Assembly: GCA_016199065.1 (NCBI GenBank)
Contig: JACQHK010000049.1
Span: forward strand, 1-51,880
From: Candidatus Microgenomates bacterium
GTDB taxonomy: Bacteria > Patescibacteriota > Microgenomatia > JACPZF01
Length of the DNA stretch: 51,880 nucleotides
Reading direction: 5' to 3'
Part shown: piece by piece, positions 18,169 to 30,087 of the stretch
How positions within the stretch are numbered: the first letter of the stretch is position 1
Layout: each line of letters begins with the position of its first letter
Position numbers and translations under genes: made by a program
Notes under the pieces: generated by a model
Told to the model about the DNA's origin: nothing
The model's database searches: none
The model's input: only the letters and a program-made list of their open reading frames with translations

Positions 18169-19887
18169 TTAATCTTGCGCCACTCTGAGTACTTCCTCTA
18201 TTGTGGTAATTCCTTCCAAGATTTTCAAGTATCCATCTTGCTTCATCGTAATCATACCTTCATCCGTAGCGACTTTTTCGATGTCATTCATGGCTGCTCT
18301 TTGCAAAATTAGTCTTCCTACCTTTTCGTCAATCGGTAAAACCTCATAAACACCAATTCTGCCGGAATATCCAGTATTACTGCACTCGGGACAGCCTTTG
18401 CCTCGGTAAAGTGAGATTGTGCCGTTTTTCTCCAAATCTTGAGGAAAAAGATTACCTAAAACCGCCTTAATGTCGGAAATTATCGCCTGGGGCGGCTGAT
18501 AGGCTTCTTTACAAAAGTTACATATTCTTCTGACTACTCTTTGCCCCATGGTGGCATTTAGAGCAGATGCTACTAAGTATGGTTCGGCATGCATATCCAA
18601 TAAACGGGGCAGTGCACCCGAGGCATTGTTAGTATGCAGTGTTGAAAAGACCAAATGACCAGTAAGAGCTGCCTGTATGGCCAGATCGGTCGTTTCTGCA
18701 TCTCGAATTTCACCTACCATAATAATATTCGGGTCCTGACGCAAAAAAGCCCTCAGTCCAGAAGCAAAAGTCAGACCGGCCAACGGATTAATCTGTACCT
18801 GGTTTACGCCTGCTATTTGATACTCAACGGGGTCCTCCAGAGTAACAATATTGACTTTAGAAGTATTAAGTTTGGTCAGGATGGAATAGAGAGTCGTAGT
18901 TTTACCCGATCCGGTAGGTCCTGTAATTAAAATAATTCCGTGCGGTCGTATCATTGCCGTCTCGAGGTTTTTTAAAGCCGTACCCCGCAAGCCCAGATCA
19001 GTTAGGGTGGGCACGCCGCCGCTTTTTTTAAGAAGTCTCATGACAATTTTTTCACCAAAGACGGTCGGTAAGGAAGAAACGCGTAAGTCCACTTCCTGAT
19101 CACCGTTATTGAAAGTAAATCTTCCGTCCTGGGGTAATCTTTTCTCGTCAATTTTCATGTCTGACAAGATTTTAATGCGCGAAGAAACTGCATCGTGAAC
19201 TTTTTTAGGTAAGGCTAATTTCTCGTGAAGAATTCCGTCAATGCGATAACGCACTCTGGTACGGTCTTCTTGCGGTTCAATATGAACATCGGAGGCTCGC
19301 GATTTTACAGCATAGTCTAAAATAGTCGAAACGATTTTGGCTACCGGCGCCTCGTTGATGGTTTGGTTTAAATTCTTGGATTCCTCAGCCTCGAGTTTAG
19401 CGGCGATGGTTGATTCTTTAAGCGCTTGGGTTACTTCGGTGGTCAGTCCTTGAGAATATTCTTCCTCGATTTTTTGTTGAATTTCATTCTCCAAACCCAA
19501 AAATGCCTTAATGGTATAGCCTGACTTTCTTTCTACAAATTCGATAGCCGAAATATCCAAAGGGTCTTTCATGGCCACGGAAAGAGTGTTAGTCTTTTGC
19601 TCTAACAGAAAAGGAATTAGCACATAACGCCTGGCGACCGGTTCAGGTATGAGTGGCAAAATTTCCGGAGAAATACCTTTAGTTGATAAGGAAACAAAGG
19701 GTATATTTAATAACGCAGCTTTTGCTTTAATAATTTGTTCATCGTTGGCAAAATTATGCGATCTAATTACTTCCTCGATGTCTTTGCCTTTATTTACGCT
19801 CTCTAATTTTACTAAGGCAAGTTGTTCCTGGGAAATAATTTTTTGTGAAAACAGAATATCGGCAATATTTCGCTCATCATTTCTCAT
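18169..19887 (-). CDS. pilB: type IV pilus assembly ATPase PilB (GspE family)
   Basis: 572 aa with an N-terminal GspE_N-like domain, Walker A GPTGSGKTTTLYSIL and a tetracysteine motif (CNFC...CPEC). Confidence 0.9.
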   Translation of the reverse strand: MRNDERNIADILFSQKIISQEQLALVKLESVNKGKDIEEVIRSHNFANDEQIIKAKAALLNIPFVSLSTKGISPEILPLIPEPVARRYVLIPFLLEQKTNTLSVAMKDPLDISAIEFVERKSGYTIKAFLGLENEIQQKIEEEYSQGLTTEVTQALKESTIAAKLEAEESKNLNQTINEAPVAKIVSTILDYAVKSRASDVHIEPQEDRTRVRYRIDGILHEKLALPKKVHDAVSSRIKILSDMKIDEKRLPQDGRFTFNNGDQEVDLRVSSLPTVFGEKIVMRLLKKSGGVPTLTDLGLRGTALKNLETAMIRPHGIILITGPTGSGKTTTLYSILTKLNTSKVNIVTLEDPVEYQIAGVNQVQINPLAGLTFASGLRAFLRQDPNIIMVGEIRDAETTDLAIQAALTGHLVFSTLHTNNASGALPRLLDMHAEPYLVASALNATMGQRVVRRICNFCKEAYQPPQAIISDIKAVLGNLFPQDLEKNGTISLYRGKGCPECSNTGYSGRIGVYEVLPIDEKVGRLILQRAAMNDIEKVATDEGMITMKQDGYLKILEGITTIEEVLRVAQD

Positions 19888-19985
19888 GGGCAGTAATAAT
19901 AATTTTCAATTTTCCTAATTTTCCAATTTTCGAAAATTAGTGTTTAAAAATTCTTTTGAAAATTATGAAAATTTGTAAACTATAC
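19888..19985. repeat. intergenic AATTTTC/GAAAATT repeat element
   Basis: Perfect 14-bp palindrome AATTTTCGAAAATT at 19925-19938. TTGAAAATTATGAAAATTT at 19956-19974 is shared with 48827-48844 and 25148-25165. Confidence 0.75.
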
Positions 19986-20152
19986 TTCGATAACTCAGGT
20001 TTGTAACCTGAGTTACTCAGTATATACTCCTGCTTACGCAGGCAAGCATTTAATCCGCTTTTTCGCCCCGCTAAGCGGGGCTGCAAACCGGAGTAAGATG
20101 AGTATAAAAAGTAACACTTAGCTTATTTTATCTTACCCATTTACGCGTTATA

Positions 20153-20887
20153 ATGTCAACGATGATTACCTCAATTTTGCTCAGCGGCCCACTGGCTCTT
20201 TGGGAAAAAAAACGTAATGAATTGGTGCAAAGAATTGAGCAAATAAAAAATTCGCAAGTCGAAGATTTTTTGGAAAGTATCGACTTTAATTTACTGGAAC
20301 CCAACGAAAAAGGAACGTTGGGAATTGAAGAAATAAGAATTTTAGAAAAACAATTATTGATCAGACCTCTGGTTTATCCGCTCAAAATTTTTCAAATTAA
20401 TAGTGCAGAAAAAATGACTATTCCTGCACAAAACGCTTTTTTAAAATCCCTCGAAGAACATCCTGACTATACCGTAATTATTTTATGCACTCTCAATTTT
20501 AATTTATTGCTGCCGACTATTATTTCGCGCTGCGAAAAGGTATTGCTTTTTTCCCCTGACTTGCCACTTGACGAAAAGAGCTTACAAATGACCCAGAAAA
20601 ATTTGACAATTATTTTTGACGAGGCGGCATTAGGTAAGAAATTTCAACTTGCCGAAGAGAAAGGTAAAGACAAAGACTCTGCCCTAAATTTTCTCGATCA
20701 ACTTGTTAAAGAGGTCAGAACCATCCTTCTTTTTCCAACATCGGGGAAACACGCCAAGCTGGAAATGGCCGATTTTTCCAAAAAGAAACTAATCTCATTA
20801 ATCAGAAATTGCGAACAGACTAAAGCACACCTGCAGGCTAACGTTAATCCCCGATTTGCTCTGGAAAATCTTTTTCTCTCATGCTAA
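20153..20887 (+). CDS. holB: DNA polymerase III delta-prime-like subunit (short, no P-loop)
   Basis: AEKMTIPAQNAFLKSLEEHPDYTVIILCT...LLPTIISRCEKV matches the clamp-loader delta-prime sensor region. It is only 244 aa and no GxxGxGK motif is present. Confidence 0.6.
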   Translation: MSTMITSILLSGPLALWEKKRNELVQRIEQIKNSQVEDFLESIDFNLLEPNEKGTLGIEEIRILEKQLLIRPLVYPLKIFQINSAEKMTIPAQNAFLKSLEEHPDYTVIILCTLNFNLLLPTIISRCEKVLLFSPDLPLDEKSLQMTQKNLTIIFDEAALGKKFQLAEEKGKDKDSALNFLDQLVKEVRTILLFPTSGKHAKLEMADFSKKKLISLIRNCEQTKAHLQANVNPRFALENLFLSC

Positions 20888-20942
20888 AATATGCTTTTGA
20901 GGGCTAATACGGTCCTTTTTATTTTCACAATTTTTACGTTAG

Positions 20943-22928
<1,986 letters not shown>

Positions 22929-23040
22929 TTGATAAATTCTCAGTTTTTCTACCTGCGCAGACAGGTAATTTCCAATCAATTTTTAGTTTGAAAATTTATA
23001 AATTAATTATTGAATGAAAATTAAGAATTGAAAATTAATT
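22929..23040. repeat. intergenic repeat element with a conserved 42-nt core
   Basis: 22944-22985 matches 18076-18117 at 39/42, including the hairpin ACCTG-CGCAGA-CAGGT. GAAAATT units follow. Confidence 0.8.
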
Positions 23041-23054
23041 TGGGGGGATTGATT

Positions 23055-25106
23055 ATGAATAGTATTTCTGACCTTTCACTGCTTTTTTCAGCCGGTGCTG
23101 CCTTTTTGGGAATTATTTATGCCGTTTGGGCTAGCCGGCAAATCGCGTCGGTAAAAGTCACTAACGAAAAAATGCTGGCGATTGCCCAAGCGATTAAAGA
23201 AGGTTCTGAGGCATATCTCAAGCGGGAATACTCCGTCATTCTGGTCGTGGCTTTGGTTTTGTTCGTAATACTCTTTCTTGCGCTCGGTCTAACAACGGCA
23301 GTAGGTTTTGCGATCGGAGCATTTGCCTCAGCCCTAGCAGGTGCTTTGGGTATGATGGTAGCTGTCAGAACAAATGTTAAAACTGCCCACGTAGCCAAAA
23401 ATGGCCTGGCTGCAGCGTTGGATATGGCGTTTAGGGGAGGTTCAGTTACCGGCCTCTTGGTGGCTGCTTTGGCTCTCTTATCAATTACTGCCTACTATTA
23501 TATATTAGTCTATCTGTTAACCACGCCTTTAGAAGAAACTCTTAAATCTCTGGTTGCCCTAGGTTTTGGCGGTTCTTTGATTTCGGTTTTTGCCAGACTG
23601 GGTGGAGGAATTTACACCAAGGGAGCAGATGTAGGAACCGATATGGTGGGAAAAATCGAAAAAAATATTCCGGAGGATGATCCCCGCAACCCTGGGGTTA
23701 TTGCCGATCAGGTCGGAGATAATGTCGGAGACTGTGCGGGAATGGCCGCGGACTTATTTGAGACTTATGTGGTAACGATTGTTGCAACCATGATTCTGGC
23801 CTTTTTGCTTTTTTCCGAGAATATAGGAGTAATTTTATATCCTTTGCAAATTGGTGCTTTATCATTGTTCTGTTCTTTGGCTGGAATCTTTGCTGTAAAA
23901 CTGGGTAAAGGGAAAAACGCCAAAATTATGCAGGCCTTATACAAAGGTTTGGCTGTATCGACCATTTTGTCGGTAGTACTCTTTTATCCTTTGACTAAAT
24001 TAGTTTTTGAAAATTCCGGGTTGGCATTCTTTCCCGTCTACCTATCTTCACTTCTGGGCATAGCCGTAACCGTGCTGATGATAATTTTAACTGAGTATTA
24101 CACTTCAAAAAATTTTTCACCGGTGAGAAAAATCGCTCAGGCATCAGAAACAGGTCATGGAACCAATATTATCGCCGGACTGGCGGTTTCCATGAAATCA
24201 ACTTTTTTTCCTGTTTTATTAATCGTTGTGGCCATGCTGACTGCTTATTATTTTGCCGGACTGTTCGGAGTCGCAGTTGCCGCAGTGGCCATGCTCTCTC
24301 AAACAGGAATAGTAGTAGCAATTGATTCCTTTGGACCGATCACGGATAACGCCGGAGGGATCGCCGAAATGTCGGGACAACCAAAGGAAGTCAGGGAAGT
24401 AACCGATGCCTTAGATGCCGTAGGAAACACCACTAAAGCCATTACTAAAGGCTACGCGATAGCCTCTGCAGGTCTGGCAGCATTGGTTCTTTTTGCGTCT
24501 TATACCCAGGAATTGTCTATAAATACGGCGTTAAATTTAGACTTTTCTCTCTCAGATCCCTTTGTCTTATCCGGCCTTCTATTAGGAGCCAGCCTACCTT
24601 ATATCTTTGCCGCGTTATCAATGGAGTCCGTCGGTATCGCCGGAATGGCAGTGGTTACCGAAGTACGCAGACAGTTTAAAGAAATAAAAGGCATCATGGA
24701 AGGAAAAAACAAGCCGGATTATGCTGCGTGTGTCGATATCGTGACCAAAACAGCCCTGAGGCAGATGATGTTACCCGCCTTAATTCCCGTAGTCGCACCT
24801 TTGTTGGTCGGTCTTATTCTTGGTCCAAAGGCCTTGGGCGGTTTATTGGTAGGAACTATTGTTACCGGACTCTTTGTGGCCATTTCTATGACCACCGGAG
24901 GGGCTGCCTGGGATAATGCAAAAAAATATATAGAGGAAGGGAAGTTGGGCGGGAAAGGTTCTTTTGCTCACCAGGCTGCAGTTACCGGAGACACGGTGGG
25001 TGATCCTTATAAGGATACTGCGGGACCGGCGATTAATCCGATGATTAAAATAATTAATATCGTAGCTTTGTTATTGGCACCTTTTTTAGTAATGATGGCC
25101 AGATAA
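23055..25106 (+). CDS. hppA: membrane-integral proton-translocating pyrophosphatase, K+-independent type
   Basis: ATG at 23055 is preceded by GGGGGGA; the ORF-track start at 23028 is TTG. Motifs include [18 protein letters not shown] and [19 protein letters not shown]. The [10 protein letters not shown] motif at 24423-24440 has Lys and Thr at the positions that distinguish K+-independent from K+-dependent enzymes. Confidence 0.9.
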   Translation: MNSISDLSLLFSAGAAFLGIIYAVWASRQIASVKVTNEKMLAIAQAIKEGSEAYLKREYSVILVVALVLFVILFLALGLTTAVGFAIGAFASALAGALGMMVAVRTNVKTAHVAKNGLAAALDMAFRGGSVTGLLVAALALLSITAYYYILVYLLTTPLEETLKSLVALGFGGSLISVFARLGGGIYTKGADVGTDMVGKIEKNIPEDDPRNPGVIADQVGDNVGDCAGMAADLFETYVVTIVATMILAFLLFSENIGVILYPLQIGALSLFCSLAGIFAVKLGKGKNAKIMQALYKGLAVSTILSVVLFYPLTKLVFENSGLAFFPVYLSSLLGIAVTVLMIILTEYYTSKNFSPVRKIAQASETGHGTNIIAGLAVSMKSTFFPVLLIVVAMLTAYYFAGLFGVAVAAVAMLSQTGIVVAIDSFGPITDNAGGIAEMSGQPKEVREVTDALDAVGNTTKAITKGYAIASAGLAALVLFASYTQELSINTALNLDFSLSDPFVLSGLLLGASLPYIFAALSMESVGIAGMAVVTEVRRQFKEIKGIMEGKNKPDYAACVDIVTKTALRQMMLPALIPVVAPLLVGLILGPKALGGLLVGTIVTGLFVAISMTTGGAAWDNAKKYIEEGKLGGKGSFAHQAAVTGDTVGDPYKDTAGPAINPMIKIINIVALLLAPFLVMMAR

Positions 25107-25177
25107 AATTAATTTTCAATTTACGAATTTTCAAATTTTCGAAAATTGCAAAATTATGAAACTTGAAAATTAAATCT
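25107..25177. repeat. intergenic AATTTTC/GAAAATT repeat element
   Basis: Palindrome AATTTTCGAAAATT at 25134-25147, followed by GCAAAATTATGAAACTTGAAAATTAAATC running up to the gyrA ATG. Confidence 0.75.
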
Positions 25178-27700
25178 ATGAATATCGGAAAATTATTACG
25201 GGTTGAAATAACCTCAGAAATGCAAAAGTCCTATTTGGACTATGCCATGAGCGTCATCGTGGCTCGGGCCTTGCCCGACGTCAAAGACGGTTTAAAACCT
25301 GTTCACCGAAGAATTCTGTACGCCATGCACGAAATGAATTTAACTCACAGTGGAAAACACGCCAAAAGCGCCAAAATTGTAGGAGAGGTGTTGGGCAAAT
25401 ACCATCCTCATGGCGATATTCCCGTCTACGATGCTTTGGTTCGTCTGGCTCAGAATTTTTCCATGCGTTATCCGCTAGTAGACGGGCAGGGTAATTTCGG
25501 TTCTGTGGACGGTGATTCACCTGCCGCCATGAGGTACACCGAAGTAAAACTGGCGGCCATTGCTTCAGAAATGCTTTTTGACTTGGAGAAAGATACGGTA
25601 AATTTTACTCCTAACTTTGACGGAACTTTAAAAGAACCAATATATCTTCCGGCCAAACTTCCGAATCTGTTATTAATGGGTTCGGAAGGAATAGCTGTAG
25701 GCATGGCTACCAAAATTCCTCCGCACAACCTTGGAGAATTAATCGACGCTATAGTTTTTATGATCGAGAGAGCCAAGAAACAAAAAGTTACTTTTTCTCC
25801 ACAGGAAAAATTCCGTTCCGAAGCTACTCTTGAAGAATTAATGGAATTTGTTAAAGGCCCTGATTTTCCTACTGCGGGAATCATTTTTGATAAAACGGAA
25901 ATTACCAATGCCTATTCGACCGGAAAAGGGAAAATCGTGATGCGGGGTAGAGCTGAAATAGAAGAAGTAAGCGGAGGAAAATCTGCCATAATCGTAACCG
26001 AACTTCCTTATCAGGTCAATAAGGCCCAAATGGTAGCAAGAATTGCCGAACTGGTAAAGGACAAAAAATTAGACGGAATTTCTGATTTAAGAGACGAATC
26101 CGACAGGCACGGAATAAGAGTAGTAGTCGAACTTAAAAGAGATTCCCGACCCAAACAAGTCCTCAACAATCTTTACAAGCATACCAGCCTACAGACGACT
26201 TTTCCGGTCAATATCGTAGCCTTAATCGACGGTACTCCGCAAACCCTAACGCTAAAAACCATTTTGGAAGAATATATCCATCATCGTCAAAGTATTATCA
26301 CCAGGCGCAGTCAATTTGAACTAAAAGAAGCAGAGGCCAGAGCTCATATATTAGAAGGCTTAAAAATTGCCGTCGACCACATTGATGAAGTAATTTCCAT
26401 TATTAAAAAGTCTGCCAGCGCTGAGGAAGCAAAAAAGAATTTAATAAAACGTTTTGGTCTCTCAGAACTACAGGCAACCGCCATTTTGGATATGCAGCTG
26501 AGACGCCTTGCTGCCTTGGAAAGACAAAAAATTGAGGATGAACTTTCCATGGTCCAAGAAACTATTGCTTATCTGAAAGACCTCTTAGCTCATCCTGAAA
26601 AAGTCCTGAGTGTAATAAGTGGTGAACTGGCCAAAGTTAAGGAAAAGTACAACGACGAAAGAAAAACGAGAGTCATTAAAGGAAAAGTTGGAGAATTTTC
26701 CGACGAAGATTTAATTCCTAACCAACGAATGATTATCTCTCTTACCAAAACAGGCTATGTTAAAAGGCTTTCTCCTTCGAGCTACAGAGCACAAGCTCGG
26801 GGCGGCAAGGGAGTCATGGGCATGACCACTAAAGAAGAGGATGAAATTGATGAGTTGGTCTCAGCCGATACACATGACAATATTTTGTTTTTTACCAACA
26901 AAGGAAAAGTTTATCAATTAAGGGTCTGGGATGTTCCGGAAAGTTCCAGAACCAGCAAGGGCCAGGCCGTGGTTAACTTGATTAATATCGCCCAGGATGA
27001 GCGTGTTAATTCTATTCTCACCTACAGTTTAGACGACAGTAAAAATAAAACCGGCGCCTATATTTTCCTAACCACCGTAAAGGGCACAGTAAAAAAGACT
27101 AAGATAGAAGAATATAAAAATATTCGCAAAAACGGATTAACCGCGATTAAACTAGAAAGCGGCGATGAACTTTCCTGGGCAAAAATCACTAACGGTCAGG
27201 ATGATATTATGCTGTTTACCCATCAGGGAAAATCCATCCGCTTTGCCGAAAAGGAAGTAAGACCCACGGGAAGAGACACCATTGGGGTTAGGGGAATTCT
27301 GATTAAAAAAGATGATTATGTCGTGGGCATGGAGAGTGTTCCCGCTAAAGTCGAAAGACCGGAAGATAAAAGAATAAAGTTTTTTAGAGATATATTTGTA
27401 ATCTCTGAAAAAGGCATCGGCAAACGAACACCAACCACTTCCTTTCCCAAACAAAGAAGGGGAGGGCAGGGAGTAAAAGTGGCTAACGTCACACCCAAAA
27501 CAGGCTCCATAGTTACGGCCCAAATGGTAACAGAAGAAATAGAGCAAATCGTAATGTCGACTAAATCAGGCAAACAGACGATTAAAGTTTCCATCGATGC
27601 CGTTCCCCGTTTGGGCAGGGCAACACAGGGAGTAATTTTAATGAGAATGTCAGATAAGAACGACAAAGTTGCAGCAGTGGCTTGTTTGGGAAAAGAGTAA
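25178..27700 (+). CDS. gyrA: DNA gyrase subunit A
   Basis: ATG at 25178; the ORF-track start at 25163 is TTG. Motifs include [32 protein letters not shown] and the active-site AAMRYTE. C-terminal beta-pinwheel repeats are present. Confidence 0.95.
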   Translation: MNIGKLLRVEITSEMQKSYLDYAMSVIVARALPDVKDGLKPVHRRILYAMHEMNLTHSGKHAKSAKIVGEVLGKYHPHGDIPVYDALVRLAQNFSMRYPLVDGQGNFGSVDGDSPAAMRYTEVKLAAIASEMLFDLEKDTVNFTPNFDGTLKEPIYLPAKLPNLLLMGSEGIAVGMATKIPPHNLGELIDAIVFMIERAKKQKVTFSPQEKFRSEATLEELMEFVKGPDFPTAGIIFDKTEITNAYSTGKGKIVMRGRAEIEEVSGGKSAIIVTELPYQVNKAQMVARIAELVKDKKLDGISDLRDESDRHGIRVVVELKRDSRPKQVLNNLYKHTSLQTTFPVNIVALIDGTPQTLTLKTILEEYIHHRQSIITRRSQFELKEAEARAHILEGLKIAVDHIDEVISIIKKSASAEEAKKNLIKRFGLSELQATAILDMQLRRLAALERQKIEDELSMVQETIAYLKDLLAHPEKVLSVISGELAKVKEKYNDERKTRVIKGKVGEFSDEDLIPNQRMIISLTKTGYVKRLSPSSYRAQARGGKGVMGMTTKEEDEIDELVSADTHDNILFFTNKGKVYQLRVWDVPESSRTSKGQAVVNLINIAQDERVNSILTYSLDDSKNKTGAYIFLTTVKGTVKKTKIEEYKNIRKNGLTAIKLESGDELSWAKITNGQDDIMLFTHQGKSIRFAEKEVRPTGRDTIGVRGILIKKDDYVVGMESVPAKVERPEDKRIKFFRDIFVISEKGIGKRTPTTSFPKQRRGGQGVKVANVTPKTGSIVTAQMVTEEIEQIVMSTKSGKQTIKVSIDAVPRLGRATQGVILMRMSDKNDKVAAVACLGKE

Positions 27701-27723
27701 ATTAATTAATAATTAATAATATT

Positions 27724-27813
27724 ATGGCTTATCAATTATTCATTCGTTCTGAATGTTCCTGTGGAAAAGACGGCTGTTGTGGTGGGGATGACGATTGCGG
27801 TGGAAAATATTAA
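27724..27813 (+). CDS. speculative 29-aa Cys/Gly/Asp-rich small ORF
   Basis: Hand translation gives MAYQLFIRSECSCGKDGCCGGDDDCGGKY. There is no clear Shine-Dalgarno. The ORF is below the ORF-track length cutoff. Confidence 0.15.
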   Translation: MAYQLFIRSECSCGKDGCCGGDDDCGGKY

Positions 27814-27846
27814 CTGGATCGTAACCATCTAACGATAGTGGATCGT

Positions 27847-28578
27847 TTATGTCGGAGAATGAGGAAGAGTGGTCACCTCTGGCAGAATTCCCCATTTTCT
27901 TTGTAAGGTACAAAGTCCGAATTCAACAGCTGCCAGACCGCCAATTAATAAACCTTTTTGTTCCCATGGTAACGGACTGTTAAGTATCGCAGGTAAAGCC
28001 CAGGTATTTACCACCACCATCGCGTTTAAGGAAGTTTCAAACACTATGGTTGCATCTCTGGCCTGTTGGTAACGAAACATATCTATAAGACCGGCAGCCT
28101 GAGCGTCGGAAGCATGAAAGATTTTTCTTAAATTTTCCTTTTCCGATCCGGCAGGCGAATGATTTAAAACATCATTCGCCCATTTAAAATCAAAATCACG
28201 TGATAACCCTTTTGGGGACGGTAGAGGAGTTAAATCATACCTAGATACCCGTATTTTTCTTTCCTTATCGCTGTCTTGAGTTTTTAACGTTTTATAGCGC
28301 CTTCTGGCGAAAAAATCTACGAGGTTAATTCCGGCTGGAACTCCCAGCTTAAATTCCCAATCAGAAATATTAAAATGTAGGGCATTCTTAACCGTAATTA
28401 AACTTTCTGCAATAAAAATTGAGAGTGCTGATTTAGGAAGTACTTCCAAAAAAATATCACCCGCTCCACGCCTGGCGGCTTCGCCCCAGCTTATTTGTTC
28501 TGCTCCTCTTGCTGACATTGTTGTATTATACTTTTCATAAGCGCCAACGTCAATTATTATAGGGTATTTTTTGCTCAT
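27847..28578 (-). CDS. hypothetical protein
   Basis: 243-aa ORF with no signal peptide and no motif I recognise. A hydrophobic segment lies near the C-terminus (LLIGGLAAVEFGLCTL). Confidence 0.5.
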   Translation of the reverse strand: MSKKYPIIIDVGAYEKYNTTMSARGAEQISWGEAARRGAGDIFLEVLPKSALSIFIAESLITVKNALHFNISDWEFKLGVPAGINLVDFFARRRYKTLKTQDSDKERKIRVSRYDLTPLPSPKGLSRDFDFKWANDVLNHSPAGSEKENLRKIFHASDAQAAGLIDMFRYQQARDATIVFETSLNAMVVVNTWALPAILNSPLPWEQKGLLIGGLAAVEFGLCTLQRKWGILPEVTTLPHSPT

Positions 28579-28711
28579 TTATTTATTAAAATTTTAATCC
28601 GAAAGAGTCTTTGGGCCTTTGCTTTTTTAACCGCATACTGCTATACTTCAATGGTATCTTCAGATAAATTACAGTTACCTGCCCAATAGTTTACCTAAGC
28701 AAGATCTACAC

Positions 28712-28990
28712 ATGGAAGATTATTTAAACACACCTTGTCCCCGTTGTGGAAGCAAAAGAATAATCTCTAGGTCCTGGAAAGAAAAAGTAAAAACTTTCTC
28801 CGGAACTATTGAAGTAGAACACACCCAAATAATCTGCATTAATAAAGTTTGCCAAAAGAATTTTGAAAATCAGCGTGCATTGGAGGCAAAAAAAAGAGAG
28901 GAAGAGAGGATAAAAAAGGAAGAACGACTCTTAGAAAGAAAAAAACAGAAAAGTTTGGCAAAGAAAGTACCTTTAAAACGCAAAAAATAA
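28712..28990 (+). CDS. zinc-ribbon protein with a Lys/Glu-rich C-terminal tail
   Basis: CPRCGSKRI ... ICINKVCQKNF gives a CxxC...CxxxxC arrangement, followed by KKREEERIKKEERLLERKKQK. Confidence 0.5.
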   Translation: MEDYLNTPCPRCGSKRIISRSWKEKVKTFSGTIEVEHTQIICINKVCQKNFENQRALEAKKREEERIKKEERLLERKKQKSLAKKVPLKRKK

Positions 28991-29010
28991 TCCTTGTCTT
29001 GCAATACCAG

Positions 29011-29039
29011 TTGACAGTTTTGTAAATTTTTCTTAAAGT
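29011..29039 (+). promoter_or_regulatory. sigma70-type promoter for the lipoprotein gene
   Basis: TTGACA at 29011-29016, a 17-nt spacer, then TAAAGT at 29034-29039. A strong SD (AAGGAGGTG) precedes the ATG at 29107. Confidence 0.45.
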
Positions 29040-29106
29040 ATAGCCAATTCAAATTTAGGAAGTATAAAATACTACCTAAAATTTCTGCCCATAAAGGAGG
29101 TGAAAA

Positions 29107-29463
29107 ATGAGAAGTAAGAAAACTCTTCTTTTGGCAGCTTTGGCAATCTCAGTGTTTCTCTCCGCCTGTAATAAAACAACAACACAAACCCAAGAAAACT
29201 TTCCTTCCAGCCAACAAAATGCTACTACCACGATACAACAACAAAACGCTACTAAATCAGTGTACTATATGACGAGCGGAAAAATGATGATGGTAAAGGA
29301 TGGAGAAGTACAACAAATGACTGCTGATCAGACTCTTAATGACGGCACGGTGGTAAAAACAAGTGGAGAGGTGGTAAGAAAAGACGGCTCGAAAATAATG
29401 CTCAAAAACGGAGAAAGTATCACCATGGACGGAAGCATTATAGTAGAAAGTCCCTATAAATAA
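29107..29463 (+). CDS. small lipoprotein
   Basis: Lipobox LSAC in MRSKKTLLLAALAISVFLSAC, with a strong RBS. Gly/Lys-rich beta-repeat-like segments follow (KDGEVQQM, NDGTVVKTSGEVVRKDGSKIMLKNGESITMDGSI). Confidence 0.7.
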   Translation: MRSKKTLLLAALAISVFLSACNKTTTQTQENFPSSQQNATTTIQQQNATKSVYYMTSGKMMMVKDGEVQQMTADQTLNDGTVVKTSGEVVRKDGSKIMLKNGESITMDGSIIVESPYK

Positions 29464-29486
29464 AATACTTACTTAAAAATTAATTA

Positions 29487-29515
29487 AAGTCCCATCATGG
29501 AGGTGGGACTTTTTG
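29487..29515. terminator. rho-independent terminator between convergent genes
   Basis: AAAGTCCCA (29486-29494) pairs with TGGGACTTT (29504-29512), followed by TTTTGG. It is flanked by A-rich sequence on the other side, so it could act in both directions. Confidence 0.65.
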
Positions 29516-29526
29516 GATAAATCGTC

Positions 29527-30072
29527 CTAGAGCGAAGGAACGGCTACGGCGACAAAACGCCTACTGTCAAAAAGTCCGGTGCAAGTGTAAATGGTTAATC
29601 TGGTATCGTTCGTTGGTAAAATTATGTGCGTTTGGTCAGGTGTAACCACAGATGTAGAATATATGTAATAAGTGTATTTTTTACCGCCTTCTAAGAATAC
29701 TTCTATTTTGTCACCTCTCTTTACTTTATTTAAATTTCCCAATAAATTTGCCCAATTATGTCCGTAAAATACGCTGTTTCCTTTTTCTCCCGGCAGAGCA
29801 GAGGAGTTTAAAAAAGAAACACCCTCTTTAGTATCAGACCACTTTTCTAATTCGAGAGAGGCAGGGAAAACCGGTAAATCAATCTTTTGCGAATCAATCT
29901 TTAATCTAATGGGTTTTTGACCTTGTGCTGAAAAAGTGGGGACTTTGTAAGTTTTATTTATCGCAAAAGATAAGCGCGCCGGATTATTTCGTTCCCAAAA
30001 CAAAAAAGCACTCCAGCTTAAAAAGAATAATCCGGCAAAAAATAAAATAAGACCGATTTTTTTAAACCACAT
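29527..30072 (-). CDS. sortase-family transpeptidase
   Basis: ATG at 30072; 30087 is TTG. It has an N-terminal TM, the catalytic His in VFYGHNW, the TLxTC-type motif RLTIYTC and the conserved Arg in DSRRFVAV. Confidence 0.8.
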   Translation of the reverse strand: MWFKKIGLILFFAGLFFLSWSAFLFWERNNPARLSFAINKTYKVPTFSAQGQKPIRLKIDSQKIDLPVFPASLELEKWSDTKEGVSFLNSSALPGEKGNSVFYGHNWANLLGNLNKVKRGDKIEVFLEGGKKYTYYIYSTSVVTPDQTHIILPTNDTRLTIYTCTGLFDSRRFVAVAVPSL

Positions 30073-30087
30073 ACAAGAAATGGGCAA

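Noticed and set aside
23028-25177. TTG starts at 23028 (hppA) and 25163 (gyrA) from the ORF track
   Set aside because: Both extensions fall inside the GAAAATT repeat elements. The ATG at 23055 (preceded by GGGGGGA) and the ATG at 25178 give canonical N-termini.
25281-27666. Minus-strand ORFs inside gyrA (25281-25520, 25468-25908, 25838-26029, 26344-26550, 27152-27547, 27316-27666)
   Set aside because: They are antisense to a confidently identified gyrA, as is typical of long open antisense frames in a highly conserved gene.
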